From: an uncultured Pseudomonadota bacterium
Lineage (GTDB): Bacteria; Vulcanimicrobiota; Vulcanimicrobiia; Eremiobacterales; Eremiobacteraceae
NCBI GenBank assembly: GCA_963736005.1
Contig: CAVTNB010000001.1
Span: 1,696,001 to 1,760,000 of the forward strand
DNA length: 64,000 nucleotides
Reading direction: 5' to 3'
Shown here: positions 29,501-38,855 of the stretch, in pieces
Position numbering within the stretch: position 1 is the first letter of the stretch
Layout of the letters: every line of letters begins with the position of its first letter
Made by a program: the position numbers and the translations under genes
The notes under the pieces: generated by a model
The model's database searches: none
The model's input: the letters and a program-made list of their open reading frames with translations, nothing else
Told to the model about the DNA's origin: nothing

Positions 29501-29764
29501 TTTGCGGCGGTCGGTGATCTCGGTTTCGCCGATGTTGATGGGATCGCGGAGGATATCGTCGACATACAGGAACGCGTTGCGACCCAACCCGATGTTGACG
29601 AAGCACGCGCCCATGCCGGGGAGCACATTTTCAACCCGGCCTTTGTAGATGGATCCTATTACCTTTTCTTCGCGCTCGAAATAGATCTCCGCAAGTGAAC
29701 CTTCTTCAAGAACGGCGACGCGGTTCTCCCACTCGTCGCATGAAATCAAAATCTCGGTTTTCAA
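26537..29764 (-). CDS. rne: RNase E/G family endoribonuclease with TRAM-like domain and long disordered C-terminus
   Basis: GSIYKGRV, QVVKEP..KGAR, IDVNTG, LRDIGGIIVVDFIDM and CPYC.G motifs; about 500 aa R/E/G/P-rich tail. Confidence 0.92.
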   Translation of the reverse strand: MKTEILISCDEWENRVAVLEEGSLAEIYFEREEKVIGSIYKGRVENVLPGMGACFVNIGLGRNAFLYVDDILRDPINIGETEITDRRKGHTVNELLKVGGDVLVQVVKEPRGLKGARVSTNISLPGRYLVLMPTGRYSGVSSRIEDANERARLKQIMRRVRPEGMATIVRTAAQGVSEAELIADLGVQLRLWHGILESYKRSSAPALLHKDLNLVFKAVRDFLTSDVTAVYIDSKEQYDEIRSTMSLLGPQYIDRLKLVDGSNSLFEQRGIDVELQKLLKPKIPLPSGGHLVLEHTEALTVIDVNTGKFTGGRNLEDTIVKTNIEAAAEIARQVRLRDIGGIIVVDFIDMTHERSREQVITTLTEALRRDRTRSTIQVFSKLGLLEFTRKRVGKDLEGQLRSDCPYCTGLGNVMSSETVAIGVLRQIRDRLEHTGSVRKLDVVADPGVATQLLGWYQDEFQKLARDHDADVAVYVDTQRHREHVIVEDARRMRAAPVVGSFVEVELLPVRLPNPASGVGEINGYLIEVKDAANATGQTIKLKIENVEGNLVKAVLAEPLAGASRRRRRDRGRAKDIAAGEAPIAPPTPLPRPIEAPEDGRRKPEERRAPAARRRLQDVAFSIADEEAERFPRVTVQSGRSTRTEKPSDAKRRDSGRRRSGPPRRGSQEHQPLVVGGEGEIDYDDGDEESIVTTPAASAVSPRQPLSESESESEAGRRRRRHRGRGKGRGVQRVDTPARIDADEDEAVYDGDELVVRRPSPAFEGDARGDDELETIVDPRRPAERMREPKRFGPVRQLYGRPVQIDESRPRAEHGRVKEPISRDRGSRSQPKPRVPVRRVDEDELDVVIKPKAPAVIRVETRKVELPPRRKGPEEDRERGPQRVRPDRGDRGERGGRSDRGERGGRGFGRGDRSAPPKPKREGPAVRQVYPPPDFEREEEPQGEPDTRKKQGLGRQPRGPLMRPADVAPVQKGKVRQLYPPPPDIPDEGARGGKSLSEETEIYDRVAFDEAGDEAEQSVFVSDAEELEDRRLRARERAEARRRAHDESSGEPADGDAGKNAPYDAPRGENDEWPVF

Positions 29765-29806
29765 TACCGTATACCTTTGCTAGTGAGGAATGAGGAAATG
29801 CACAAT

Positions 29807-29945
29807 ACCGCCCTCTGGCAAAACGCCGGGCGGAACCGCCGTGCTTCCTCGAATTTACGTTCAGCCTCGATCCCTTCGCTTTGAAGAGCGGGGTCCGCGA
29901 GCAACCTGCAGCGCGATGCGCACCGGGAACTCGAGCGGAGGGCAA
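29807..29945 (-). promoter_or_regulatory. Structured 5' leader of the RNase E/G gene (candidate)
   Basis: Nested stems UUGCCCUC/GAGGGCGG and CUCGAGUU/AAUUCGAG plus hairpin GGCGGUUCCGCC; wobble pairs favour the - strand. Confidence 0.5.
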
Positions 29946-30169
29946 ATAGGCCGGACAGTCGCGGGTTCTAAAAAAACTTTACACTGGCGTCGCTGTGCGA
30001 CGTGCCGAACCTCAAGCTGTCAGGCTAGTGGGTGGTTTCGGCACCGGAGAGCGTCCCGCCTCTGTACCCAAGCGTGCCGGCACAGTGCCCTTGTATCGGG
30101 CATCACCAATAGCCTCGCGCACCTTCCACTACCTAAGGCCGTTGCTGTTTGCACGCCGATAGTTCGATT

Positions 30170-31432
30170 ATGCGCGAGACCCATTATTTGCGAGTCCTCT
30201 TTGCGTGTTGTGCGATCCTGTGTTCCAGCGGTTGCTTTCCTGCGATCGTGCCGCCGACATTACACATTGTCGTCGACCCGGACGGCGGCGAACCAAAGGA
30301 CGATGCTTGCCGACGTGGCATTGCGTCTTACGATGCTGGCGATTATCCCGATGCGCTGAAGTGGTGGACGCAGTCCGCGAATGCGAACAGCCCATGTGGC
30401 ATCAACAATCTCGGTAAGTATTATTACGAGGGTCTTGCTGTACCGCAGAATCTTCCGCGCGCGATCGCACTTTTTAAGCAGTCCGCTGCCATGAACTATC
30501 CGGGAGCCCAGTATAACCTCGGCGTCAGATATCTCGAAGGTGACGGAGTCCAAAAAAATCATGCCCTAGCGATGGCGCTTTTGCAAAAGGCAGCCAGTCG
30601 GGGGTATAGTGACGCGGAGAACGAGCTTGGCATGGCCTACATGTATGGGACGGAGAGCACAGATTTTGCGACTGCTGAGCGCTACTTCCTCAGCAGCTAC
30701 AACCACGGCAACATGAAAGCTGCTGTCAACCTTGGTCACCTGTACTATCATCACGACATGCCCGACCATTTTGCCAAGGCGCTACGCTGGTATACCATTT
30801 CCAGTATGTACGACCAATCCCAATACCAACTTGGCGTCATGTATTGGAAAGGCGAGGGTGTGAAGCCAGATCTTGTAGTCGCGCGCGACTGGCTCAAGCG
30901 AGCCGCTATGTCGGGCGACGTTGATGGCGAGTATTTGTACGGGCTCATGAATTATGAGGGCGATGGCGGTCCACGCGACGAAGGCAGTGCGCTTCGGTGG
31001 TTCAAGAAAGCGGCTGACCGCGGGAACGCGGCCGCGATGACCGAACTTGCGACGGCCGCCTTGACCACCAACCCCCCGGTCACGGTACCCAGAATGCAAT
31101 TCGCGTTTGTGTACTATCGCGCGGCGGCCATGCTTGGTGACGAGGAAGCGCAGGCCAACCTCGCGTCGATCTACGTGGACGGCCTCTTCTTTCACGATGA
31201 CCCGAATGATCCGTCAAAGACCCACTACGTTATTGCTGCAGATCCCGAACAAGCCTACGTATGGTACTCGGTTGCGGCAACCAAGAGCGGCTTGGGGAAA
31301 CAGTTCTACGCGCAAGCGATGGCAAGAATCGCTGCGCTTCGACTAACTCTCAGCGCGGAGCAGCTCGCACAAGCCAAGGAACAGATTGAACACCAACTGC
31401 GCGCGGAAGCTGCCGCCAGTTGCAACTGCTGA
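30170..31432 (+). CDS. Sel1-like repeat protein, probable lipoprotein
   Basis: Repeated A.YNLG..Y..G.GV..D...A..W...AA units; CSSGC lipobox-like site. Confidence 0.88.
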   Translation: MRETHYLRVLFACCAILCSSGCFPAIVPPTLHIVVDPDGGEPKDDACRRGIASYDAGDYPDALKWWTQSANANSPCGINNLGKYYYEGLAVPQNLPRAIALFKQSAAMNYPGAQYNLGVRYLEGDGVQKNHALAMALLQKAASRGYSDAENELGMAYMYGTESTDFATAERYFLSSYNHGNMKAAVNLGHLYYHHDMPDHFAKALRWYTISSMYDQSQYQLGVMYWKGEGVKPDLVVARDWLKRAAMSGDVDGEYLYGLMNYEGDGGPRDEGSALRWFKKAADRGNAAAMTELATAALTTNPPVTVPRMQFAFVYYRAAAMLGDEEAQANLASIYVDGLFFHDDPNDPSKTHYVIAADPEQAYVWYSVAATKSGLGKQFYAQAMARIAALRLTLSAEQLAQAKEQIEHQLRAEAAASCNC

Positions 31433-31439
31433 TCCTTTC

Positions 31440-32555
31440 TTAGTTGTCCCCAAAGAGCATCTTGTAGCGCTGCAGATGGATATTCAGCAACACACCGATA
31501 GCCAGAAAGCACGTAATAAGGCTCGACCCTCCGTAGGAAACGAAAGGCAAAGGGATGCCGGTGATCGGCATGATGCCGACCGTCATGCCCACGTTGATGA
31601 GCACCTGGAAGAGCAACATGGACACAATGCCGGTAGCCACGAATAACCCGTAACGGTCGCGCGCGGCGACCACCGAGAGCATCGAAAGTCCAAGCAGCGC
31701 TGCGTAGAATACGAGCAGGAGGGTCGCGCCGATGAAACCGAGCTCTTCACCGACCACGGTGAAAATAAAGTCCGTGGCGTGTTCAGGTACGAATCCGAGC
31801 TGCGTCTGCGTGCCCTGATACAAACCTTTGCCGGTCAGCTGGCCAGAGCCGATGGCAATCTTGCTCTGCATCAAGCTCCAACCCGCACCCTGCGGATCGG
31901 CTTCGGGATGCAAGAACGCCAAGAGTCGTTCGCGTTGATAATCTTTGAGCACGAATTTCGTCAAAATGGCAAACGCGCCGACGGCTGCGAGCCCAACAGC
32001 GTAGACGGCGAAGTGCCACAGGTTGGGCAGCGCAAAAAAGAGCATCGCCGTTAAGATGACGACAAAGATCAAGGCGGTGCCAAGATCCGGCTGTTTGAGC
32101 ACCAGCAAGGTTGGGGGCACGATGGCCGCCACCGGCACCCACAGCTCGCGCAGCCGCCGGTAATTCCTCTTTGGATCTGCAAGCAGCGCGGCGATCGAGA
32201 GAATGGTCAGGAGCTTTGCCGGCTCGGATGGCTGAAAAACGATCGGGCCAACTCCTATCCAACGCTGCGCACCCAGCGCCGAATGCCCCGCGACGGCAAC
32301 CGCGCCCAGGATGATGATGTTGACGACGTACACGGGCAACGCCCAGCGCTGCCAGAGATGGTAGTCAATGAAGGCCAGCCCAAGCATCGCCACAACCCCG
32401 ATCGCGAGGTACGCTGTTTGACGAATCAGATCTCCGGAACCATCTGCAGAATGAAGGGTTGCGCTCTTGATGATGACGAGCCCAAATATGCCGAGGGCGA
32501 TTGCCGTTAGCGCGAGTGGATAGTTAAAGCAAAGATACCAAGGCCGCTCGAGCAC
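31440..32555 (-). CDS. rodA: Rod shape-determining protein RodA
   Basis: GAQRWI, FQPSE.AK, QPDLGT, PE.ATDFIF and GIPLPFVSYGGS motifs. Confidence 0.95.
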   Translation of the reverse strand: MLERPWYLCFNYPLALTAIALGIFGLVIIKSATLHSADGSGDLIRQTAYLAIGVVAMLGLAFIDYHLWQRWALPVYVVNIIILGAVAVAGHSALGAQRWIGVGPIVFQPSEPAKLLTILSIAALLADPKRNYRRLRELWVPVAAIVPPTLLVLKQPDLGTALIFVVILTAMLFFALPNLWHFAVYAVGLAAVGAFAILTKFVLKDYQRERLLAFLHPEADPQGAGWSLMQSKIAIGSGQLTGKGLYQGTQTQLGFVPEHATDFIFTVVGEELGFIGATLLLVFYAALLGLSMLSVVAARDRYGLFVATGIVSMLLFQVLINVGMTVGIMPITGIPLPFVSYGGSSLITCFLAIGVLLNIHLQRYKMLFGDN

Positions 32556-32570
32556 GGCACCTCCGAATGC

Positions 32571-33047
32571 CTAGGTTGACGGCTCGTCGAGGCCCGTCTC
32601 TGGCAGAAGGTTTCCGTTGCTGCCCCCGTCACTCGCGGCATCGGCACCGTAGTGGCCATTTTGGGCAGTCTCCTGCGGCTTTACGCGACTGCGGCGGCGC
32701 CGGCGCCGCCGTACGGTGCTTCCATTGCCCACGCGATGGCCGTTGCCTCCAACCGCCAGACGCTGCCGTTCGTGCTCGATCTGTTCGCTGGACTTCACGT
32801 TGACCACCGGGATGTTGGCGAGCAGCATGAAGCGTCGTTCCGCACTTTCAAAATGGAAGTCGAGACCGTGCTCGTCAATGTCCAGATATCGCTGGACCAC
32901 TGACAGCATCTCGGTTTTCATCGCATCGAACGTTTCCGGCGCGAGCGACACACGGTCAGAGAGCAGCACCAAGCGCAAACGCTCCTTGGCAAGGCTGCGG
33001 CTCGATTCTTCGCGGCGGAAAAACTTCGTCAGAAAATCCAGCATCAT
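32571..33047 (-). CDS. minE: Cell division topological specificity factor MinE with disordered tail
   Basis: AKERLRLVLLSDR and ANIPV motifs. Confidence 0.92.
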   Translation of the reverse strand: MMLDFLTKFFRREESSRSLAKERLRLVLLSDRVSLAPETFDAMKTEMLSVVQRYLDIDEHGLDFHFESAERRFMLLANIPVVNVKSSEQIEHERQRLAVGGNGHRVGNGSTVRRRRRRRSRVKPQETAQNGHYGADAASDGGSNGNLLPETGLDEPST

Positions 33048-33048
33048 C

Positions 33049-33993
33049 TCATCCTTTCGCCGCTCTCGATCGCGAGAAGTTTAACTTCGAAAGCACGCCC
33101 GAGAACCAGTCTTTTCTTTCGGTCAAATCAGGAATAGGAACGTCTTCCCCAAGCAAGCGCGAGGCGATGCGCCGCAGCGCCTGACCGGTTGGCGAACCAG
33201 TCATATCGATCACCGGATTGCCGCGGTTGGTTGCGACGATGACCTCTTTGTCGTCTGGGATGACGCCGACAAGGTCCAGCCGGAGAATCTCAAGCACGTC
33301 GTCGACGCTCATCATGGTGCCCTTCTTGACCAGTTGTGGACGCACGCGATTGATGATGAGACGTGCCGGCATGTCATTCGGCAGTAGGCCAGCGACCCGG
33401 TCGGCGTCTCGAACTGCTGAAACCTCGGGGGTCGTCACCACGATCGCTTCCTGGGCGCCAACGACTGCGTTGCGAAAACCTTGCTCGATACCGGCGGGGC
33501 AATCGATGAGGACGACGTCAAAGGTCTCCCGCAGCTCGTCGATGAGATCGATCATGTCCTCTGGCTCGATTTCATCTTTGTCGCGATTCTGCGCGGCCGG
33601 CAGGAGCATGAGCGAGCGGCGCACGCGATCGCGCACGAGCGCTTCGTCGAGCTCGCAGCGTTCTTCGATCACGTCGAGCGAGTGCAGGCGCACCCGGTTT
33701 TCCAAGCCCATGACGACATCGAGATTGCGCAACCCAACGTCTGCATCGACGACGACGACGCGCTTCCCGGAATCAGCAAGCGCAGCGCCCAGGTTCGCCG
33801 TCACCGTCGTCTTGCCAACGCCGCCCTTTCCGGAGGTGATCACAATTGCTCGACCCAAGGTCCCGCTCGCAGGAGCCGATCTTCGGCGCTTGCGCGGAGC
33901 GGGTTCGGAAACAGTCCGCGCCTCTTCAATCGTCGGGGGGACGGGCGCAGGCAGAGCGAGGATTTCTTGTGGTTGATGCACGTCGTTGCTCAT
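33049..33993 (-). CDS. minD: Septum site-determining ATPase MinD, paralog 2 with N-terminal extension
   Basis: TSGKGGVGKTT, DVGLRNLD, DCPAGIEQGF, PEVSAVRDADR; C-terminal amphipathic helix. Confidence 0.92.
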   Translation of the reverse strand: MSNDVHQPQEILALPAPVPPTIEEARTVSEPAPRKRRRSAPASGTLGRAIVITSGKGGVGKTTVTANLGAALADSGKRVVVVDADVGLRNLDVVMGLENRVRLHSLDVIEERCELDEALVRDRVRRSLMLLPAAQNRDKDEIEPEDMIDLIDELRETFDVVLIDCPAGIEQGFRNAVVGAQEAIVVTTPEVSAVRDADRVAGLLPNDMPARLIINRVRPQLVKKGTMMSVDDVLEILRLDLVGVIPDDKEVIVATNRGNPVIDMTGSPTGQALRRIASRLLGEDVPIPDLTERKDWFSGVLSKLNFSRSRAAKG

Positions 33994-34778
33994 CGTTGAC
34001 CCACCACGATGCGGCGTAATCGGTTCCACAATCCATCGTCTTGCAACTCGAGTGCCGGAATATTTTCACCCAACAATCGGCGCGCCATCGTGAAGTAGAT
34101 GGCGGACAGCCTGCGGCTGGGATCCAGCGATACCGGCTGGCCGCGATTGGTCGTATCGATGATTTCTTCGTCGTCAGGCACGACGCCGAGGACTTCGCGG
34201 CTCAAAATTTGCGCAACATCATCAACGCTGAGCATGTCGCCCGTGCGAACCATGTCCGGCCTGACTCGGTTCACGACAAGCCTCGCCCGCCGCGTGCCCA
34301 GCATGCCGATAACTCGATCTGCGTCGCGGATCGCGGACACTTCGGGCATGGTTACCACGATCGCCTCGTCTGCGCCGGCGACGGCATTGCGAAAGCCATG
34401 TTCGATGCCCGCCGGGCAATCGATCAAGACAGCGTCGAAATCTGCTCCAAGGGCGTGCACCACGCGGGCCATCTGCGATTCGGACACCGATTCCTTATCC
34501 TTGGTTTGCGCTGCCGGCATCAAAAAAAGTCCTGGCAGGCGCTTGTCCTTGATGAGTGCTTGCCGCGGCTGGCAGCGGCCTTCGGCAAGATCGACCACGT
34601 CGTAGACAATACGCTTTTCAAGTCCGAGCACGAGATCGAGATTGCGCAGACCGATGTCCGCATCGACGAGCGCCACTTGCTTTCCCAATCGCGCCAGGGC
34701 AACACCGAGATTCGCGGTGGTCGTCGTTTTGCCGACGCCGCCCTTTCCGGAGGTGACGACGAAGATATTGCCTTTCAC
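33990..34778 (-). CDS. minD: Septum site-determining ATPase MinD, paralog 1
   Basis: TSGKGGVGKTT, DIGLRNLD, DCPAGIEHGF; GLWNRLRRIV membrane-targeting helix. Confidence 0.95.
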   Translation of the reverse strand: MKGNIFVVTSGKGGVGKTTTTANLGVALARLGKQVALVDADIGLRNLDLVLGLEKRIVYDVVDLAEGRCQPRQALIKDKRLPGLFLMPAAQTKDKESVSESQMARVVHALGADFDAVLIDCPAGIEHGFRNAVAGADEAIVVTMPEVSAIRDADRVIGMLGTRRARLVVNRVRPDMVRTGDMLSVDDVAQILSREVLGVVPDDEEIIDTTNRGQPVSLDPSRRLSAIYFTMARRLLGENIPALELQDDGLWNRLRRIVVGQR

Positions 34779-35569
34779 CGCGACCTCACTTTATCACGCC
34801 CGGGAACCGCAGCAGCAATGGTAATCTTTCCCTCAACGATGCGCGCTACCTCGGGCACTGCGGGATGCCTCGCAACGTTTCCCTCGGACGGTGCAGACGC
34901 GATCGAACGCGAGATGCGTAGCTGGGTCGGCTCCAATCGCAGAGCGTAGACTGCAGCGCGGTCGTCACCCTCTGCGCCTGCGTGGGCGACACCGCGCAGC
35001 GTACCCCACACGACGATGTCGCCGGTCGCGATGAGCTCCGCGCCCGCATTGACGTCGCCCATCACCACGATGCTGCCGAAGGCGCTCAGGCTCTGACCGG
35101 AGCGCAGGTTTCCTTTATAATAGCAGTGTTGTGCGCTGGCGCTGCTTGAGGCAGTCCGGGGTACGGCCGACCCGTTGCCGGATCGCGCGGCTTCGCGCGC
35201 TGCCGCCTCGCCCTGCTCGTGAGCGGCCCTGCGCACGTGGGCTGGCTCGGTCCGGTCGTCTCGAACTCGTGGTGCGGCCGCCACGCTGGCGGCAACGATG
35301 TGAAGTCCCGCGGCGCGCGCTGCCACCGCCACCTCTTCCGCATCACAGACAGCGCCATCGGCACCAATCCCAAACTCTTCTAAGGTGGCGATGATACCCT
35401 CTAGATCAGCAGCATCAAGCGCTTGGTCGCCAAGCATGAGCACGGCTCGGCCGCCGCGATAGAAATTGGGCAGCGTTGCGAGCCGCTCGCGCAGCTTGCT
35501 GACAATCGGAGTGAGCGGTCGCTCATGCAGGTGAAGCAAGAGACCGGATTTTGTACCTTTGATTTGCAC
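34775..35569 (-). CDS. minC: Septum site-determining protein MinC
   Basis: VQIKGTKSG start (GTG at 35569); LRSGQ, GDVNAGAE and G.LRGVAHAG motifs. Confidence 0.92.
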   Translation of the reverse strand: MQIKGTKSGLLLHLHERPLTPIVSKLRERLATLPNFYRGGRAVLMLGDQALDAADLEGIIATLEEFGIGADGAVCDAEEVAVAARAAGLHIVAASVAAAPRVRDDRTEPAHVRRAAHEQGEAAAREAARSGNGSAVPRTASSSASAQHCYYKGNLRSGQSLSAFGSIVVMGDVNAGAELIATGDIVVWGTLRGVAHAGAEGDDRAAVYALRLEPTQLRISRSIASAPSEGNVARHPAVPEVARIVEGKITIAAAVPGRDKVRSR

Positions 35570-35775
35570 CGGGCGCCTCTGGTGCCGCCTTTGCGGACCG
35601 CCCCTTTTTCCCTTGTGGACGCGGCGGCGAATAGATTGTGGACACACTGTGCACGAAGCTGAATAGCAGCTGTACGAAAGGCGCAGGGAGCCGCAGGCAG
35701 CCTGTCGCAAAGTGCTCATTACATCCCCGCTCCGTGGGCGCCGGAGCACACCTGGGGCATCGCGGGAGACCCACC

Positions 35776-37761
35776 ATGAAGCAGATATATAAACGCAGCA
35801 TCGCCTTAGCCGTGCTGGCCAGCCTCGTCGTGACCAGCACGCCGCTCCCGGCCGGAGCCATCTCAACGGCCACCGAGATTCGCATCGGTCAGGAGGCCGC
35901 TCGACAGGTCGACCAGGAAAACCCGATCCTCACCGACCCAATATTGAATAACTGGGTCAATACCATTGGCGGCAACGACGCGCAGTATCGCGCACGTCCC
36001 GACATCAACTACACGTTCAAGATCATCGACACCAACGACATCAATTCGTTCTCGCTGCCGGGCGGGTTCATTTATGTCAACTATGGCCTACTTAATTTTG
36101 TCAACTCGGACGACGAGCTCGCGGGCGTGTTGGGGCACGAAATCGGTCACACCGAGCGCCGGAACCAACTTACCCTTAACGCCAAAGCTCAGGTGCTCAA
36201 TATCATTTTGGGCGTGTTGTCGTTCATCTCTCCGTTCGTGTGGCGTTTCGGCGGATTGATCAATGGTCTCTCCGTTGAAAAAATGTCGCGAGTCGACGAG
36301 CTCGAAGCCGACCAGTATGGCCTCTTGCTGATGAGTCGAGCCGGCTACGACCCGAATGCGATGGTTTCGTTCATGGAGCGCTTGGGCAACGAAGATGCCG
36401 CACAAGGTAACGATTTGCTCAACAAATATTTTGAAGATCACCCCGAATCACCGGATCGGGTTTCGCACCTGCGCGGTTATCCGGAATTGTCACAGACCAC
36501 ACCCGAGCAACAACTGGCGGAAGCCATTCACGACGAGGACGAGGGCCGCTACGCCTACGCGCAGCACAAGTTCGACATGGTGCTTGCAAAAGAACCCAAT
36601 AACCAACTGGCACTCTTACACGAGGGCCAGGTGGACGTCGCTCTTGGTGACTACAGCGAGGGGCAATTGGCGCTTGGTAAGGTCCAACATGCTCCCGCTC
36701 TCACCTCCGCTGCGCAGGCAGCCGTGCAACGCGAGATGGCGCTGCTACCCGAAGCCCAAACTCCCGGTGGCAAGCTACTCGACCCAGATATTACCCCCCT
36801 GGTGAAACAAGTTGGGAATGCGCTTGCCTCGACCAAGGCCACGCAAGCATCGCTCGACGATCACATTAAGCTTGCCAAGGACGACCTGCATCGATTTAAC
36901 GATCGCTTGAACAACATGTCGTACGAAGTCCCTGACTTCAGCCAGGTTGACATTCAACCCGGCAGCCGGTTGGACGGCGTCTTGAGCGACCTCGCGCATC
37001 TGGCCAAAGACATCAACATCGTTGAAGACAAGGCATATGCGCTGATGCAGAACTCGCCCGACATGTTCAAGGATGACGTCAGCGTTCTCAACGAAATGCA
37101 GGCGCCACTCCATCGCAAGACCATGACGGCGACCGATCGAGAATTGCTCCCGTACTATCCAGATATTCTCACGCAGATGAATACGTCGCAAAGCGACCTG
37201 ATTTCTGGCGTCACTTCGGTTCGAGGTGCACTGGCGCTTGGCTGGGAGGCGATTGCGCCGCTTGACGATTACTTCCGCGAACTCGACCGGTCGCAGCTCG
37301 ATTTTGGCGGTGACATCTCCCCGCGGACGGCTCAGGATCTCAAGCCGCTCGCGGTCAAGGCCGAGACGGCACTCGATGCGGCTGCCGCGGCCGCAGAAGT
37401 AGCTCAGACCTCGTACTTCAACGCTCAGGCTCGTCAACTCATCAGTCAAATCACCATGCTTGGCGTTGGTCTTTCGGAACCAAGGTACGAGACGCTCACT
37501 CACGTTATCTCGCGGAGGATTGGCATCGATCCTCCGAGCTACGAAGAGACGGTCAGGCTGGGACTCTCTGCGGGAGACCTCACAGCAGCAACATGGCTCG
37601 CGGCGGAGGAAAAGGTGCCGGTGAGCACGGTCATCAACGAAGAACGCGCCACTGGTAAAAGCGTCATCGATATGGCGGTTGCGAAGGGCCTCTCCCAAGA
37701 ATCGCTCGAAGTCATCTTGGGTCTCATTTACGAAGGCTACACGGAGAAGCCGCTTGATTGA
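35776..37761 (+). CDS. M48-family zinc metalloprotease (BepA-like) with TPR and long helical C-terminus
   Basis: Signal peptide; IN.F.LPGG, ELAGVLGHEIGH, E.EAD, AGYDP and HP...R motifs. Confidence 0.88.
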   Translation: MKQIYKRSIALAVLASLVVTSTPLPAGAISTATEIRIGQEAARQVDQENPILTDPILNNWVNTIGGNDAQYRARPDINYTFKIIDTNDINSFSLPGGFIYVNYGLLNFVNSDDELAGVLGHEIGHTERRNQLTLNAKAQVLNIILGVLSFISPFVWRFGGLINGLSVEKMSRVDELEADQYGLLLMSRAGYDPNAMVSFMERLGNEDAAQGNDLLNKYFEDHPESPDRVSHLRGYPELSQTTPEQQLAEAIHDEDEGRYAYAQHKFDMVLAKEPNNQLALLHEGQVDVALGDYSEGQLALGKVQHAPALTSAAQAAVQREMALLPEAQTPGGKLLDPDITPLVKQVGNALASTKATQASLDDHIKLAKDDLHRFNDRLNNMSYEVPDFSQVDIQPGSRLDGVLSDLAHLAKDINIVEDKAYALMQNSPDMFKDDVSVLNEMQAPLHRKTMTATDRELLPYYPDILTQMNTSQSDLISGVTSVRGALALGWEAIAPLDDYFRELDRSQLDFGGDISPRTAQDLKPLAVKAETALDAAAAAAEVAQTSYFNAQARQLISQITMLGVGLSEPRYETLTHVISRRIGIDPPSYEETVRLGLSAGDLTAATWLAAEEKVPVSTVINEERATGKSVIDMAVAKGLSQESLEVILGLIYEGYTEKPLD

Positions 37762-37785
37762 AACCCTCGCACAGCGCGCATCCCG

Positions 37786-37814
37786 AAAGGGGCAGCCGAA
37801 CGGTTGCCCCTTTT
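37786..37814 (+). terminator. Rho-independent terminator
   Basis: AAAGGGGCAGCCG-AA-CGGTTGCCCCTTTT directly after the M48 gene. Confidence 0.7.
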
Positions 37815-37843
37815 GCCAATCTTCGCTGAGGAAGCGCTAGACC

Positions 37844-38830
37844 GTGGGCAGCGCGGGGCGCTGGGCATCTCATCTCCGTCGCCAGGTCGACCTCAAACAA
37901 GTTGATGCTGAAGCGCATGAAACAGTAGCCCTCGGCGTTGCAGGTCCTCGTCGCGAAGATTTTCTGCAGGCACTCTTGAGCGCGGGGCCGGCGCGCGATG
38001 GCTCGATCATTGCGTGCAAGACGCCTGACGATGCGGTGAGCCCCTCTGGGGTGTCCGTCAATGCCGCCGTCTATTGCCCGGACTCAGAGTCCCAAAATGG
38101 AGCGCTGGCACGTGTTTCTTCGCTGCCATTTGCAGTCTGCGTCGTGCGCACGGGTGGGTCGGGCGGAGCCGACGAGGCACGACTTGCGACCGCTGCGCCA
38201 CCAAAAAGACCGGTGCTTGGTCAGGCAACCGTCTATTATGTGAGCGCCATGGAACTGGCGCAGTTGCGCAAGTACTTGCTGCCGGACATCGTGCGCCTCT
38301 ATCGCGGCCGCGAGACTGCACTCGCCTCTGCAATTCCGGCATTTCGCCCGGTCGTGGCCGCCAAGCTGACCGCGGACTGCGCTATGACGTGCTTGAAGAT
38401 TGCCGCGGCGTCAGCAGTTGCCGATCATATACCGGTGCTTGGGCTCTTGACCGGTGGCATTGCGTCGGCCGGCGATACCATCGCGATCACCGCCTTGCAG
38501 ATGCGCATGCTGCTGCGCATCGCTGCCGCGTATGGTAAGAAGCAGGAGTTTGCGCGCATCTTAGAACTGCTGCCGGTTGTGGGAGGCGGCTACGGCTGGC
38601 GCGCCCTCGCGCGCGAGGCATCGGGGTTCATTCCGATTGCCGGCATTCCGATCAAGGCTGCGATTGCGTATGCCGGTACGCTCGTGGTCGGACAAGTGGC
38701 CTCTCATTACTATGAGACTGGTCTCCACATGTCGAGCGGTGCCATTGGCGCTATATATCGCGAAGCATCCACCCAAGCGCGTGAATTTGCGCGCAGCCTC
38801 ACGACTCGTTCAAACCGCAAGAGCAAATAA
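37844..38830 (+). CDS. DUF697/EcsC-like membrane-associated protein
   Basis: D.IAITALQMRM...IAAAYG and IPIAG..IK.AIAYAGT motifs. Confidence 0.7.
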   Translation: MGSAGRWASHLRRQVDLKQVDAEAHETVALGVAGPRREDFLQALLSAGPARDGSIIACKTPDDAVSPSGVSVNAAVYCPDSESQNGALARVSSLPFAVCVVRTGGSGGADEARLATAAPPKRPVLGQATVYYVSAMELAQLRKYLLPDIVRLYRGRETALASAIPAFRPVVAAKLTADCAMTCLKIAAASAVADHIPVLGLLTGGIASAGDTIAITALQMRMLLRIAAAYGKKQEFARILELLPVVGGGYGWRALAREASGFIPIAGIPIKAAIAYAGTLVVGQVASHYYETGLHMSSGAIGAIYREASTQAREFARSLTTRSNRKSK

Positions 38831-38855
38831 CCAGCGTTATGTAGCAGAATGGAAA

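Noticed and set aside
26461..29698. Many long antisense or alternate-frame ORFs over rne (and similarly over minD, lptB, lpxD)
   Set aside because: Shadow ORFs expected in GC-rich coding DNA; no RBS or recognisable motifs
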